Assembly (NCBI GenBank): GCA_046290225.1
Contig: JBKAGE010000066.1
Coordinates: 1-36,207 of the forward strand
Source: Bradymonadia bacterium
Lineage (GTDB): Bacteria; Myxococcota_A; Bradymonadia; UBA7976; UBA1532
Direction of reading: 5' to 3'
Length of the DNA: 36,207 nt
Shown: positions 1 to 8,725 of the stretch, piece after piece
How the letters are laid out: each line of letters opens with the position of its first letter
Position numbering within the stretch: position 1 is the stretch's first letter
Notes under the pieces: model-generated
Database searches by the model: none
Told to the model about the DNA's origin: nothing
The model's input: only the letters and a program-made list of their open reading frames with translations
Made by a program: the position numbers and the translations under genes

Positions 1-86
1 CAGGAGCGCCGGATGCGGGAGATCCGCACGTCCGGTGCGATGGGGGGCGGGCAACGCGGTACTACGCCGCGACCCGCCTACCCTAC
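1..86 (+). mobile_element. Group II intron, 3' terminal part (domain V at about 6-38, domain VI at about 42-83, 3' end ...CCUAC at 86); the rest lies upstream of the window
   Basis: GCGCCGGATGCGG-GAGAT-CCGC-AC-GTCCGGTGC folds as a domain V hairpin with an AC bulge. It is followed by the GGGGGGCGGG...CCCGCCT-A-CCC domain VI stem with bulged A80, seven nt from the terminal AC. Confidence 0.9.
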
Positions 87-222
87 CGGGGCTCGTGCAT
101 GCCTGGGTTATGGCTTTGAGGGGCAGAGGGGTGGTTTTTGGGCAGGGTTTTGAGGATGCGTGTGATAGCACGCTCTTGAGAATCAGTTTGAACGATGACT
201 TTCACATCATTGCAGGCCTTGT

Positions 223-861
223 ATGCCCATCTTTTTTGCCCATGGATTCGAGGGCAGCGCCACCGGCGCCAAGCCCACATACCTGCGTGAGCGGCTCGGC
301 CTCGACGTCGTCGCACCTCAGATGAACGCCGACGGGCTCGGTTTTCGTGAGCAGGTGCAGGTCGTGCTCGACACGCTGCTGCAGCACACCGGAATCACCA
401 CCCTCATCGGATCGAGTATGGGTGGCCTCGCCTGTGCCGTTGCTGCCGAGCAGATGCATCAGCAGGGTGATGAGCGTCCGCTGCAGCTCGTCTTGCTTGC
501 CCCTGCCGTCGGTGTGCATCAGACTTTTGCCCGGCGCCTCGGCCCCGAGGCGATGGCCCTCTGGAAAGAGCAGGGCACTTTGCCGTATCCCCACGCTGGT
601 CTGAACAAAACCGTGCCGCTCCCGTGGCGGCTCTACACTGAGTGTGAAGCCGCCAGCGCGGTGACCGTTCATCACCCCTGCGTCGTCATCCACGGCAAGC
701 ACGATGACGTCATCGCCCCCACAGATGTGCTCCAGCTCGCCCTGAGATCCCCCGGCGTCATGCGTATGCATCTCGTCGACGACGATCATCGTCTCCTCAA
801 GAGCCTCGCCCAGATGTCCGAGGCTCTAAGAGAGCTCGCTGGAATTTCGTCCCAAAACTGA
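223..861 (+). CDS. YqiA/YcfP-like alpha/beta fold hydrolase (esterase)
   Basis: N-terminal HGF motif, nucleophile elbow GSSMGG, HGKHDDVI and DDHRL (Ser-Asp-His triad). Confidence 0.85.
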   Translation: MPIFFAHGFEGSATGAKPTYLRERLGLDVVAPQMNADGLGFREQVQVVLDTLLQHTGITTLIGSSMGGLACAVAAEQMHQQGDERPLQLVLLAPAVGVHQTFARRLGPEAMALWKEQGTLPYPHAGLNKTVPLPWRLYTECEAASAVTVHHPCVVIHGKHDDVIAPTDVLQLALRSPGVMRMHLVDDDHRLLKSLAQMSEALRELAGISSQN

Positions 862-1052
862 AAAGTCGCTCAAGCCGCAAATCCGATTTTCCAGCCAGGT
901 CTCTAGATCTACTCACCGCATCACCCGCATGATGAGTGTGAGCAGCAAGAACCCAAACCCCGAACTCTCCGAGCTGAGCCACCCCACGGATGGCCGGCCC
1001 CAGGGAGTTCCGGAGGTCTCGGCGCCCATCGACGAGGCCGGAGGAACGGACC

Positions 1053-2078
1053 ATGAACTGGCGTCGGCGCAATCCGCCTGGGACTGGGATTCGCCGCCTG
1101 ACGTTCGAAGATCTGGATGTCGTCGCATCAGATTTCAACGATTGGGTGGCTCGCTCCCCTGACATCGACCAGTTCTGCTCCAGCGCAGACTGGTTGTTGC
1201 CTGCCCAGCATGCGCTCACACCGGAAGCGGAGCCGTTCATCCTCGCCACTGATGATGGGTACATCGCCCTCATGGCTTTCGACGTGCCCTCACTCGGGCG
1301 CACCCTTACACCTTTGGAGCATGCTTGGGGTCTTGCGTGCCCCCTCGTGGGGCCTGATCCCCGTCGGCTCGTGGAGCACCTCTTCTATGCCGTCACCGAG
1401 TTGCCCATTCAGTGGGACGCGTTGTGGCTCTCGGGGCTCAAGGAAGAAGGTGAAGGCTTCTATGGTGTCGTGCAGACTTTCTACCCTCAGTTCACCGTCG
1501 GTGTAGGCCCCAGCACACTGCGTCGCTCAGCGAGCATCACCGAGGGCCCTGAGGCGTTCCTCGCCGAGCGATCGTCCAAGTTCAGGGCCACTCTGCGGCG
1601 TTCAGTGCGCAAGGCGCAGAGCGAAGGCTTGAGCTACCAGGGGTACAGTACCTTCACCCCCCGTGAGGTCGATGCTGTCTTCGAGCGGATCATCAACGTC
1701 GAAGGCCGCAGCTGGAAAGGCCAGAGCGGTCAGGGCATGGACAGCCCGCCTTCGAGCACTTTCTACTACGCCATGCTGCAGCGGCTCGCCGCCCGAGGGG
1801 CCCTGCGAGTGGGATTCTTGAGCCAGGGGCATCAAGACGTCGCCTACATCTTCGGCGGCATCTTCGAAAGCACCTATCGCGGGCTGCAGTTCAGCTTCGA
1901 CGATGTATATCGCCCCCTGTCATTGGGCAATGTCATTCAATGGCACATGATCGAGCAGCTGTGTGCAGAGGGGATAGGGCAGTACGATCTGGGGACCGAC
2001 ATGGCCTACAAGCAGCGGTGGGGTGTGGAAGATCTCAAGACCAACAGCCTCGTGGTCTTCAAAGAGCGGCGGCGATAG
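1053..2078 (+). CDS. GNAT family N-acetyltransferase (CelD/BcsL-like)
   Basis: C-terminal SFDDVYRPLSLG...YDLGTDMAYKQRW and SSKFRATLRRS motifs. The ATG at 1053 is preceded by a GGAGG RBS, so it is preferred over 990. Confidence 0.75.
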   Translation: MNWRRRNPPGTGIRRLTFEDLDVVASDFNDWVARSPDIDQFCSSADWLLPAQHALTPEAEPFILATDDGYIALMAFDVPSLGRTLTPLEHAWGLACPLVGPDPRRLVEHLFYAVTELPIQWDALWLSGLKEEGEGFYGVVQTFYPQFTVGVGPSTLRRSASITEGPEAFLAERSSKFRATLRRSVRKAQSEGLSYQGYSTFTPREVDAVFERIINVEGRSWKGQSGQGMDSPPSSTFYYAMLQRLAARGALRVGFLSQGHQDVAYIFGGIFESTYRGLQFSFDDVYRPLSLGNVIQWHMIEQLCAEGIGQYDLGTDMAYKQRWGVEDLKTNSLVVFKERRR

Positions 2079-2095
2079 ATCCGCCTTTAGGACCT

Positions 2096-2788
2096 CTAAA
2101 TCCCGGCGTCGACCTCGCCCATCTCGTCCATACCACCATCAGGTACCCCACCGTCGGGCATCTCGGGCCCTTCGAAGATGCCTGGGCAGTCCTGCTGAAC
2201 TTCGATGCACACCGCAGTGTTGGGGATCGCCTCTCCGAGACCCTTGGCGGCATCGAGGGCGCCCTCGAGGCTGAGCACGTTGCAGTCGATGGCCCGGGCC
2301 GTCTCGGTGGTGGCCACCGCGACGTCCTGCAAGCACTCTTCGAGCTTGGCCACTGTCACCGTGCAGTTCTCTACGCCGCCGCGGAACAGCGCGCAGTCGC
2401 CCAGAGGGGCGTCGGCAGGATCCTGCCCGAGGGCCCGGGCGCCGGTGGCGGCGTCCTGGCAGGGCTCCAGAATCTCGGCGCAGCGCGCCCGGACACCTTC
2501 GATGCCCTCGGCGACGGCGCTCACCGAGCCGATGGCCGCGGTGAAGTCACATCGATCAGCATCGGAGAGGGCCGCGTTGATGGCGTTGCCCGTCTCTTCG
2601 CAGATGGTGGCCTGCTCGTCTTCGGTGAGATCACCCACCTCGGTGGCGTCATCGACGGTGATGTCCACCATGACTGGCCCGCCGACGCCTGCGTCAGGGG
2701 CGAGCTCGCCCACGGCGTCGACGATGTCGTCCTTGCTGCAGCCAGCAGCGGCGACGGCGATGAGTGCAAAAGCGGTGATGCGCATCAT
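2096..2788 (-). CDS. Cysteine-rich acidic lipoprotein of unknown function
   Basis: Signal peptide with lipobox AAGC, multiple spaced Cys, GGAGG RBS upstream and GC3-biased codons. Confidence 0.7.
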   Translation of the reverse strand: MMRITAFALIAVAAAGCSKDDIVDAVGELAPDAGVGGPVMVDITVDDATEVGDLTEDEQATICEETGNAINAALSDADRCDFTAAIGSVSAVAEGIEGVRARCAEILEPCQDAATGARALGQDPADAPLGDCALFRGGVENCTVTVAKLEECLQDVAVATTETARAIDCNVLSLEGALDAAKGLGEAIPNTAVCIEVQQDCPGIFEGPEMPDGGVPDGGMDEMGEVDAGI

Positions 2789-2796
2789 GATCCTCC

Positions 2797-3177
2797 TTAC
2801 TTCCCAAGAAGACGGGACAGGAAACCTTTACCTTCCGCTTTATTGATCAGCCACTTTACCTGTTTCTCCAGATAGGCCGGCGGACGCACGCCGATGATGG
2901 CATTCTTGACCTGCTTGTCGTGGAACAGCAGCAATGTGGGCAGGCTGCGCACGCCGAAGGCCTCGGGCAGATCGCGCACCACCTCGGTGTTCACCTTGGC
3001 GAAGGTCACCTGCTCGTGATAGCGCTCAGCGAGGCCCTCGAAGATGGGCCCCAAGGTGCGGCACGGGCCACACCAGCTGGCCCAGAAGTCGATCATGGCG
3101 GGTTTGTCGCTGTGGAGGATCAAGTCCTCGAAGTCGTCCCGGCCGGTGAGTTCGATGATGTAGGGTGAGGTACTCAT
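2797..3177 (-). CDS. Thioredoxin
   Basis: DFWASWCGPC active site and GVRSLPTL cis-Pro loop. The start MSTSPYIIELT at 3177 fits typical thioredoxin N-termini. Confidence 0.9.
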   Translation of the reverse strand: MSTSPYIIELTGRDDFEDLILHSDKPAMIDFWASWCGPCRTLGPIFEGLAERYHEQVTFAKVNTEVVRDLPEAFGVRSLPTLLLFHDKQVKNAIIGVRPPAYLEKQVKWLINKAEGKGFLSRLLGK

Positions 3178-4012
3178 GGGTCGAGAGCATGACGGCGAGG
3201 GCATCGAAGGTCAACGGCACCGGTTCTTCGAGGGCCTTGAGCCCACGCTGCACATCGCCCATCGGGGCGGCAGCACCCTCGCGCCCGAGAACACCATGGT
3301 GGCCTTCGAGCAGGCTGTAGAGGTCTACGACACCGACATGCTCGAGATCGACGTGCACCTCACCGCCGACGGTGTCGTCGTGGTGCACCACGATGACGAT
3401 CTCGATCGCTGCTCCAATGGCCGAGGGCCCATCGCCAACCACACCTGGGCTCAGCTGCAGAACATCGACGCAGGCTACCAGTTCACCCCCGACGGCGGGC
3501 AGAGCTGGCCCTGGCGCGATCGTGGCGTGCGGATACCTCGCCTCGACGAGACCCTCGAAGCGTTTCCCGAGTTGAGGTTCAACATCGAGATCAAGACGCC
3601 GAACCCCCACGCGATCGCAGCCTTCTTGAAGGTGGTGCGCGATCTCAACGCCATCGATCGGGTGTGCATGGGCAGCGCCCGAGACCGCGTGGGCGCCCGA
3701 CTGGCCGCTGCGGCCCCAGAAGGATGTCACTTCTACCCGCAGAACGCCCTGGCGCGGTTCATCCTGCCGGCCCTCGCCGGGCTGAAACCTCGACTCGACC
3801 GCCGCTATACCGTGCTCGACATGCCCGATCACCTCGGGCCGTTGAACCTGGTGACCCCGAGGCTGCTCGACGTCGCCCGGGCGACAGGACGTTGGGTGAA
3901 CGTGTGGACCATCGACGACGCGGTACAGATGGGGCGTTTGATCAGGCTGGGCGTCGGCGGTGTGATGACTGATCGGCCCGATCGGCTGTTGGCTGCCCTG
4001 GCTGGGGGTTGA
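3176..4012 (+). CDS. Glycerophosphodiester phosphodiesterase (GDPD family)
   Basis: HIAHRGG, PENT, EIDVHLTADG, HHDDDLDR, NIEIK, WTID and GVMTDRPD motifs. Confidence 0.92.
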   Translation: MGREHDGEGIEGQRHRFFEGLEPTLHIAHRGGSTLAPENTMVAFEQAVEVYDTDMLEIDVHLTADGVVVVHHDDDLDRCSNGRGPIANHTWAQLQNIDAGYQFTPDGGQSWPWRDRGVRIPRLDETLEAFPELRFNIEIKTPNPHAIAAFLKVVRDLNAIDRVCMGSARDRVGARLAAAAPEGCHFYPQNALARFILPALAGLKPRLDRRYTVLDMPDHLGPLNLVTPRLLDVARATGRWVNVWTIDDAVQMGRLIRLGVGGVMTDRPDRLLAALAGG

Positions 4013-4125
4013 GTACGCTCTGCGCTCAGGGTGAGTGACGCGAGTTCACACCCGGTGACCGTTGATTGTCGTCCCATGTTCACACTGCATTGGGGCGATG
4101 TACCTGGTTATGGGGATCACGGCGC

Positions 4126-4141
4126 TGGCATGGTGTCTGCT
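4126..4141 (+). promoter_or_regulatory. Putative sigma54 (-24/-12) promoter
   Basis: TGGCATGGTGTCTGCT has exact GG-N10-GC spacing and lies about 55 nt upstream of the ATG at 4197. Confidence 0.6.
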
Positions 4142-4196
4142 CTAGAAGAGAGTGACCACACCGGACATTCCGGTCCAGACACCAAAGGGCGCTCCC

Positions 4197-4418
4197 ATGT
4201 TCAAGTTCATCTTCACCACCGCCATCTTCTCCTTCGGCGTGCTCGTCGGCACGCACATGACCCAGACCGAGGGTGAGCTGCACACCAGGCTGCTCACCTC
4301 GATCCAGAAGTCCATCGACGACGTCATCGAGGTCGTGGAGGGCTTCACATCCGATGGCATAAAGACAGCAGAGTCACCCCCTGATCCCGCTGAGGTCACA
4401 GTGGCGAGGGCATCTTGA
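4197..4418 (+). CDS. Small membrane-anchored protein of unknown function (73 aa)
   Basis: MFKFIFTTAIFSFGVLVG hydrophobic N-terminus followed by an amphipathic helix, strong GC3 bias and an upstream sigma54-like motif. Confidence 0.6.
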   Translation: MFKFIFTTAIFSFGVLVGTHMTQTEGELHTRLLTSIQKSIDDVIEVVEGFTSDGIKTAESPPDPAEVTVARAS

Positions 4419-4505
4419 TGCAGGTGGGTCGATCAGGCAGGACTGATTGAGACAGGGAGATGAGTGAGGGAGATGAGTGAGGGGGTGCATGACCCCCATT
4501 TTCAC

Positions 4506-5480
4506 TCAGCCCTTGGTGCGGCTCGCCACCTTCTCGGTGAGCTCGGGCATCACGTCGAAGAGATCAGCCACCAGACCGTAGTCCGCCACGCTGAAGATCG
4601 GGGCGTCGGGGTCCTTGTTGATGGCCACGATGGTCTTCGAGCCCTTCATACCGGCGAGGTGCTGGATGGCACCGGACACGCCGATGGCGAAGTAGAGGTT
4701 CGGCGCCACGACCTTACCGGTCTGGCCCACCTGCCAGTCGTTGGGCACCCAGCCGGCGTCGCAGACGGCGCGGGTGGCGCCGATGGCCCCACCCATGAGG
4801 TCGGCGAGCTTCTCGATGAGGGAGAAGTTCGAAGCCTCCTTGAGACCACGACCACCGGCGACGACCACGTCGGCCTCGGTGAGATCAGGGCGCTCCGACT
4901 CCACGGCGTCGAGGCCCAGGTACTTCATGCGCAGGTTGCCGGTGTCGATGTTGGCGGCGGCCTTGTTCACCGAGCCACCGCCGGCGGGGGCGGCGACGTC
5001 GAACTCGGTGGTGCGCACGGTGAGCACCTGGGTGTCGGTGTTGATCTTCACCTTGGCGATGATGTTGCCGGCGTACATCGGGCGCTTGTAGATGACCTCG
5101 TCGTCGTCGCCTTCGAAGGCGAGCACGTCAGAGGCCATGCCGGCGCCGAGGCGGGCGGCGACCCGAGGGGTCATGTCCTTGCCGATGGCCGTGGCTGCGG
5201 CGATGACGTACTTGGCGCCTGAGGCCTCGACGGCCTGGTGCATGGCCTGGGCGTAAGCCTGGGCGGTGTACTTCTCGAGGGCGGCGTGCTCGAAGTAGTG
5301 CACGTTGCCGAAGGCGGACAGCTCCTCGGCCACGCCGTCGACACCCTGACCGGCGAGGGCGATGTCGAAGCCGTCGGACCCGATCACCCCACCGAGGGCC
5401 TTGGCGGCGCTGATGGCGTTGAGGGTGGCCTTGGACAGTTTGCCGTTTTGCTGCTCTGCGAGAACAATGATGTCGCTCAT
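4506..5480 (-). CDS. etfA: Electron transfer flavoprotein alpha subunit
   Basis: [27 protein letters not shown] and [30 protein letters not shown] motifs. Confidence 0.97.
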   Translation of the reverse strand: MSDIIVLAEQQNGKLSKATLNAISAAKALGGVIGSDGFDIALAGQGVDGVAEELSAFGNVHYFEHAALEKYTAQAYAQAMHQAVEASGAKYVIAAATAIGKDMTPRVAARLGAGMASDVLAFEGDDDEVIYKRPMYAGNIIAKVKINTDTQVLTVRTTEFDVAAPAGGGSVNKAAANIDTGNLRMKYLGLDAVESERPDLTEADVVVAGGRGLKEASNFSLIEKLADLMGGAIGATRAVCDAGWVPNDWQVGQTGKVVAPNLYFAIGVSGAIQHLAGMKGSKTIVAINKDPDAPIFSVADYGLVADLFDVMPELTEKVASRTKG

Positions 5481-5491
5481 GATGACCTCCC

Positions 5492-6244
5492 TCAGATGAC
5501 CTTGGCTTCGTTCGCCAGCTTCTCGACCAGCTCGTCCACGCTTCCGACCTTGATGCCGGCAGCGCGCTCCGGGGGCAGCTCGTACCCCACCACCTCGACC
5601 TTGAGCTCCATCTCAACGTCGAGATCGTCAGGATCCATCTCGTCGAGAGGCTTGCGCTTGGCCTTCATGATGCCCGGCAGGCTGGCGTAGCGGGGCTCGT
5701 TGAGGCGCAAATCGGTGGTGATCACCGCGGGGAAGCTCACGTGCACGGTCTCGACGCCGCCGTCGACCTCGCGCATGACCTGGGCGCCGCCGTCTTCCAC
5801 GGTGACCTTGTAGGCGAAGGTGGCCTGGGGCCAGCCGAGGTACTCGGCGAGCAGCTGGGCGACCTGGTTGCTGTCGCCGTCGACGGCCTGCTTGCCGAGG
5901 ATCACCAGATCGGGCTCCTCTTTCTCGACGACGGCCTTGAGCAGCTGCGCGGTGGCGTCGGAGTCGAGCTCCTCGAGCTCGTCCTCGACCTCGACCAGGA
6001 TGCCGCGGTGGGCGCCCATGGCCATGGCGGTGCGCAGCTCCTTGGTGGCCTCTTCGTCGCCGATGGCCACAGCGACGACCTCGTCGCCGTCGTGCTCTTC
6101 GAGGATCTTGAGGGCCTCTTCCACGGCGATCTCGCAGAAGGGGTTCATCTTGTAATCGACGTTGTCCACGTCCAGCTTGCCGCCGGACAGGGTCAGCTTG
6201 GAATCTGGATCTGTGACCCGCTTTGCGGTGACCAGGATTTTCAC
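5492..6244 (-). CDS. etfB: Electron transfer flavoprotein beta subunit
   Basis: [20 protein letters not shown] and [21 protein letters not shown] motifs. The GTG start at 6244 has a GAGAGG RBS. Confidence 0.97.
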   Translation of the reverse strand: MKILVTAKRVTDPDSKLTLSGGKLDVDNVDYKMNPFCEIAVEEALKILEEHDGDEVVAVAIGDEEATKELRTAMAMGAHRGILVEVEDELEELDSDATAQLLKAVVEKEEPDLVILGKQAVDGDSNQVAQLLAEYLGWPQATFAYKVTVEDGGAQVMREVDGGVETVHVSFPAVITTDLRLNEPRYASLPGIMKAKRKPLDEMDPDDLDVEMELKVEVVGYELPPERAAGIKVGSVDELVEKLANEAKVI

Positions 6245-6361
6245 GTCCAACCTCTCGGGTGAAGGGGTTTCAAAAGTGCAGTGTGCTTCTCGTCTTGCTC
6301 TGTCGAATCTGCGGTTGTTTGAGTCTCTGCGGTGCCTCGTGGTCGCGCCTCGATGGCCGGA

Positions 6362-6961
6362 TCAGGCTGTGCCCCCCATGAGCCCCTGAAGGAAGATGCC
6401 TTGCAGGGTCGGGGCGTTGGCCACCAGAGTGCCAGGGGTGCGCTTGCCTCGAAGCCAGACCAGGTTGGTCTCGTCGAGGGCCCCGAAGATGGCCCGGGTC
6501 ATGACCCGGACGTCGCCTTCGAGGGCGAACTCGCCGGTGCGCTGGCCTTCGGTGATCACCTCGGCGAGCACCTCGAGGTACTCACCGAACTGCCTCGCCT
6601 TGTACTCGCGCATGAACTTCGCAGACTGCCTCAACTCCACGGTGAGCACCTCGGCGAGGGCAGGCTGCTGCTCAGCGAGCTGCAAGTGCAGCTGGATGAA
6701 GCGGCCGAGCTTCGACCGAGCGTCGGGGCAACCCGAGAGCTCTTGCCGAAACGTACCCACGAGGGTCTCCATCCGATCTTCGAAGAGACAGATGAGCAGA
6801 TCGTCTTTGTTGCGAAAGTAGTTGTAGATGGTGCCGTCGGCGACACCGGCGGCCTTGGCCACGTCACTCACCCGAGCGGCGCTGAAGCCGTTCTGGGCGA
6901 AGACGTCGATGGCCGCCTCCATGATCCGCTCTCGCTTGTCTGGCTGTCGACGGTCGATGAT
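6362..6961 (-). CDS. TetR family regulator, FadR/YsiA-like (fatty acid degradation); start uncertain (ATC at 6961/6958 proposed, first ATG at 6922)
   Basis: HTH motif DKRERIMEAAIDVFAQNGF...VAKAAGVADGTIYNYFRNKDDL, C-terminal VELRQS and AIFGALDE, first gene of the etfBA operon, flanked by TGAATGA-N4-TCATTCA boxes. Confidence 0.88.
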   Translation of the reverse strand: MIDRRQPDKRERIMEAAIDVFAQNGFSAARVSDVAKAAGVADGTIYNYFRNKDDLLICLFEDRMETLVGTFRQELSGCPDARSKLGRFIQLHLQLAEQQPALAEVLTVELRQSAKFMREYKARQFGEYLEVLAEVITEGQRTGEFALEGDVRVMTRAIFGALDETNLVWLRGKRTPGTLVANAPTLQGIFLQGLMGGTA

Positions 6962-6974
6962 GACGACTCCAGAG

Positions 6975-6992
6975 TGAATGAATGGTCATTCA
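6975..6992. promoter_or_regulatory. FadR(YsiA)-type operator 1, TGAATGA-ATGG-TCATTCA
   Basis: Perfect 7-4-7 inverted repeat whose arms match the Bacillus subtilis FadR box; lies just upstream of the TetR gene. Confidence 0.8.
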
Positions 6993-6993
6993 G

Positions 6994-7022
6994 TGTTTAG
7001 GGATGGCAGCAAAGGTTGTCAA
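6994..7022 (-). promoter_or_regulatory. Putative sigma70 promoter of the tetR-etfB-etfA operon
   Basis: Minus strand TTGACA (7022-7017), 17-nt spacer, TAAACA (6999-6994). A second TTGACA lies at 7036-7031, and operator 1 overlaps the expected start site. Confidence 0.55.
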
Positions 7023-7063
7023 CAGGGGATTGTCAACGGCATGAAAAGGCTGAAGATTTAGAC

Positions 7064-7081
7064 TGAATGACGCCTCATTCA
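7064..7081. promoter_or_regulatory. FadR(YsiA)-type operator 2, TGAATGA-CGCC-TCATTCA
   Basis: Second perfect copy of the same 7-4-7 inverted repeat in the same divergent intergenic region. Confidence 0.8.
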
Positions 7082-7149
7082 TGTGGAAGGCGGCGGGCCG
7101 ACCTTCAAAGCCGTGGTATGTCTTCACCCTCTCCATGGGAGACACGTGC

Positions 7150-8712
7150 ATGAAGACCACCAGGACAACGACCAGAACAACGGCGAGGCTCACCGCTGAA
7201 GACGAGGGGTTTCACCAAGACAGGCTGCGGCTGTTCCTCAAGGTGCTGTTCCTGATCCGGATGCTGTTCATGACCATCGGGATCACGGTGAACTATGTGC
7301 TCTACGACGGGAATGATCCCAACGATCCGTACAACCTGAGGTGGCTGGACAGGGTCATCAACCTGCTCTTCGGTGTGGGCTGGTGGCTGGCAGTGTACAA
7401 GCCCATGAGCGCACGGCTGCTCGCGGGGCTCGACATGGGCTTCACCATGCTGTCCACCCTGGGCGTGTGCATCGTACTCATCTCGATCCCGGAGCTCGAT
7501 CCGGCCTACATGCTGCTGGTGCTCAACCTCACCCTGGTATTGCGGGCGTCGCTGATCCCCAGCTCTGTCTGGCGCACATGTGTCGTGGCGCTGTGTGCCA
7601 TCTCGATGATCGGCGTCACCATGGTGCTCGTGGATCGCGCCTTCACGGTGCTCACGCTGTGGCAAGGCGTGCTGGCTCTGGCCTACGTGATCGTCACAAT
7701 GGTGAACTCCAACGTGATTTATGGTCTGCGTCGTGACGTACAGCAGGCCAAACAGCTCGGCCAGTATGTGCTCAAGCGCAAGATCGGTGAGGGTGGGATG
7801 GGGGTGGTGTACGAGGCGACACACGTGCTGCTGAAGCGGCCCACGGCCCTGAAGCTGTTGCCGGTGGACAAGGTGGGCGCCCAGGCCGTGGCGCGCTTCG
7901 AGCGGGAGGTGCGTCACACGAGCCGGCTGGAGCATCCGAACAGCATCTACATTTATGACTATGGCCACACCCCCGATGGCCAGTTCTACTATGCCATGGA
8001 GTACATCGACGGCCTCACCCTCGAGGCGTTGATCCAGCACGAGGGGCAGCTCTGCAGCAGCCGGGTCAAGGCGATCTTGACGCAGGTGGCTTTCGCCCTG
8101 GCTGAGGCCCATGACAAGGCCCTGGTACACCGTGACATCAAGCCGGCGAACATCATGCTGTGCGAGCGGGGTGGGGTGCCCGACACAGTGAAGGTCCTCG
8201 ACTTCGGCCTCGTGAAGAACACTGGCGGTGAAGAAGATGTGGACGTCACTCAGGCCCACACGGTGATGGGCACTGCCCATTACATGGCCCCGGAGATGGT
8301 TCAGGGCGGTGAGGTCGGCCCCGCCGCCGATGTATACGCCGTGGGCGCTGTGGCTTTCTTTCTGCTCACAGGGCAGCCGTTGTTCTCGGGCCGCACGCTG
8401 GTGGAGATCTGCGCCAAGCAGCTCACCGAAGCGCCAGCGCTGCCCTCCAGCCTCGCCGAGGAGCCTGTAGATCCGGAGCTCGAGGCCCTCATCATGACCA
8501 TGTTGGCGAAGTCGCCGAGTGACAGACCGCAGAACGGCGCCGCCCTCGCCGATGCTCTCGAGGCGCTCTCCACGCCATCATGGACGACGGCTCAGGCCCG
8601 CCGCTGGTGGCGGACCTATCAACCTGCGGCGCAGCCCATCAAGACGACAAGCGCCACCCAGCTGGCCATCGATCTCAAGGGGCGTCGGGGCAAGCCCACT
8701 ACGGCAGGGTGA
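7150..8712 (+). CDS. Membrane-bound Hanks-type Ser/Thr protein kinase (paralog 1)
   Basis: Several N-terminal TM helices, then GEGGMGVVY, ALK, HRDIKPAN, DFG and YMAPE. The ATG at 7150 follows GGGAGA. Confidence 0.93.
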   Translation: MKTTRTTTRTTARLTAEDEGFHQDRLRLFLKVLFLIRMLFMTIGITVNYVLYDGNDPNDPYNLRWLDRVINLLFGVGWWLAVYKPMSARLLAGLDMGFTMLSTLGVCIVLISIPELDPAYMLLVLNLTLVLRASLIPSSVWRTCVVALCAISMIGVTMVLVDRAFTVLTLWQGVLALAYVIVTMVNSNVIYGLRRDVQQAKQLGQYVLKRKIGEGGMGVVYEATHVLLKRPTALKLLPVDKVGAQAVARFEREVRHTSRLEHPNSIYIYDYGHTPDGQFYYAMEYIDGLTLEALIQHEGQLCSSRVKAILTQVAFALAEAHDKALVHRDIKPANIMLCERGGVPDTVKVLDFGLVKNTGGEEDVDVTQAHTVMGTAHYMAPEMVQGGEVGPAADVYAVGAVAFFLLTGQPLFSGRTLVEICAKQLTEAPALPSSLAEEPVDPELEALIMTMLAKSPSDRPQNGAALADALEALSTPSWTTAQARRWWRTYQPAAQPIKTTSATQLAIDLKGRRGKPTTAG

Positions 8713-8725
8713 GGAGACGATTCGA

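Noticed and set aside
83..316. Minus-strand 77-aa ORF next to the intron as a possible interrupted transposase remnant
   Set aside because: It overlaps the hydrolase start, lacks codon bias and has no convincing transposase motif.
929..1162. 77-aa ORF upstream of and overlapping the GNAT gene
   Set aside because: No RBS or motif, and it overlaps the better-supported gene starting at 1053.
4454..4483. 13-bp tandem repeat AGGGAGATGAGTG (about 2.3 copies)
   Set aside because: It is a short local duplication between convergent genes with no evidence of function.
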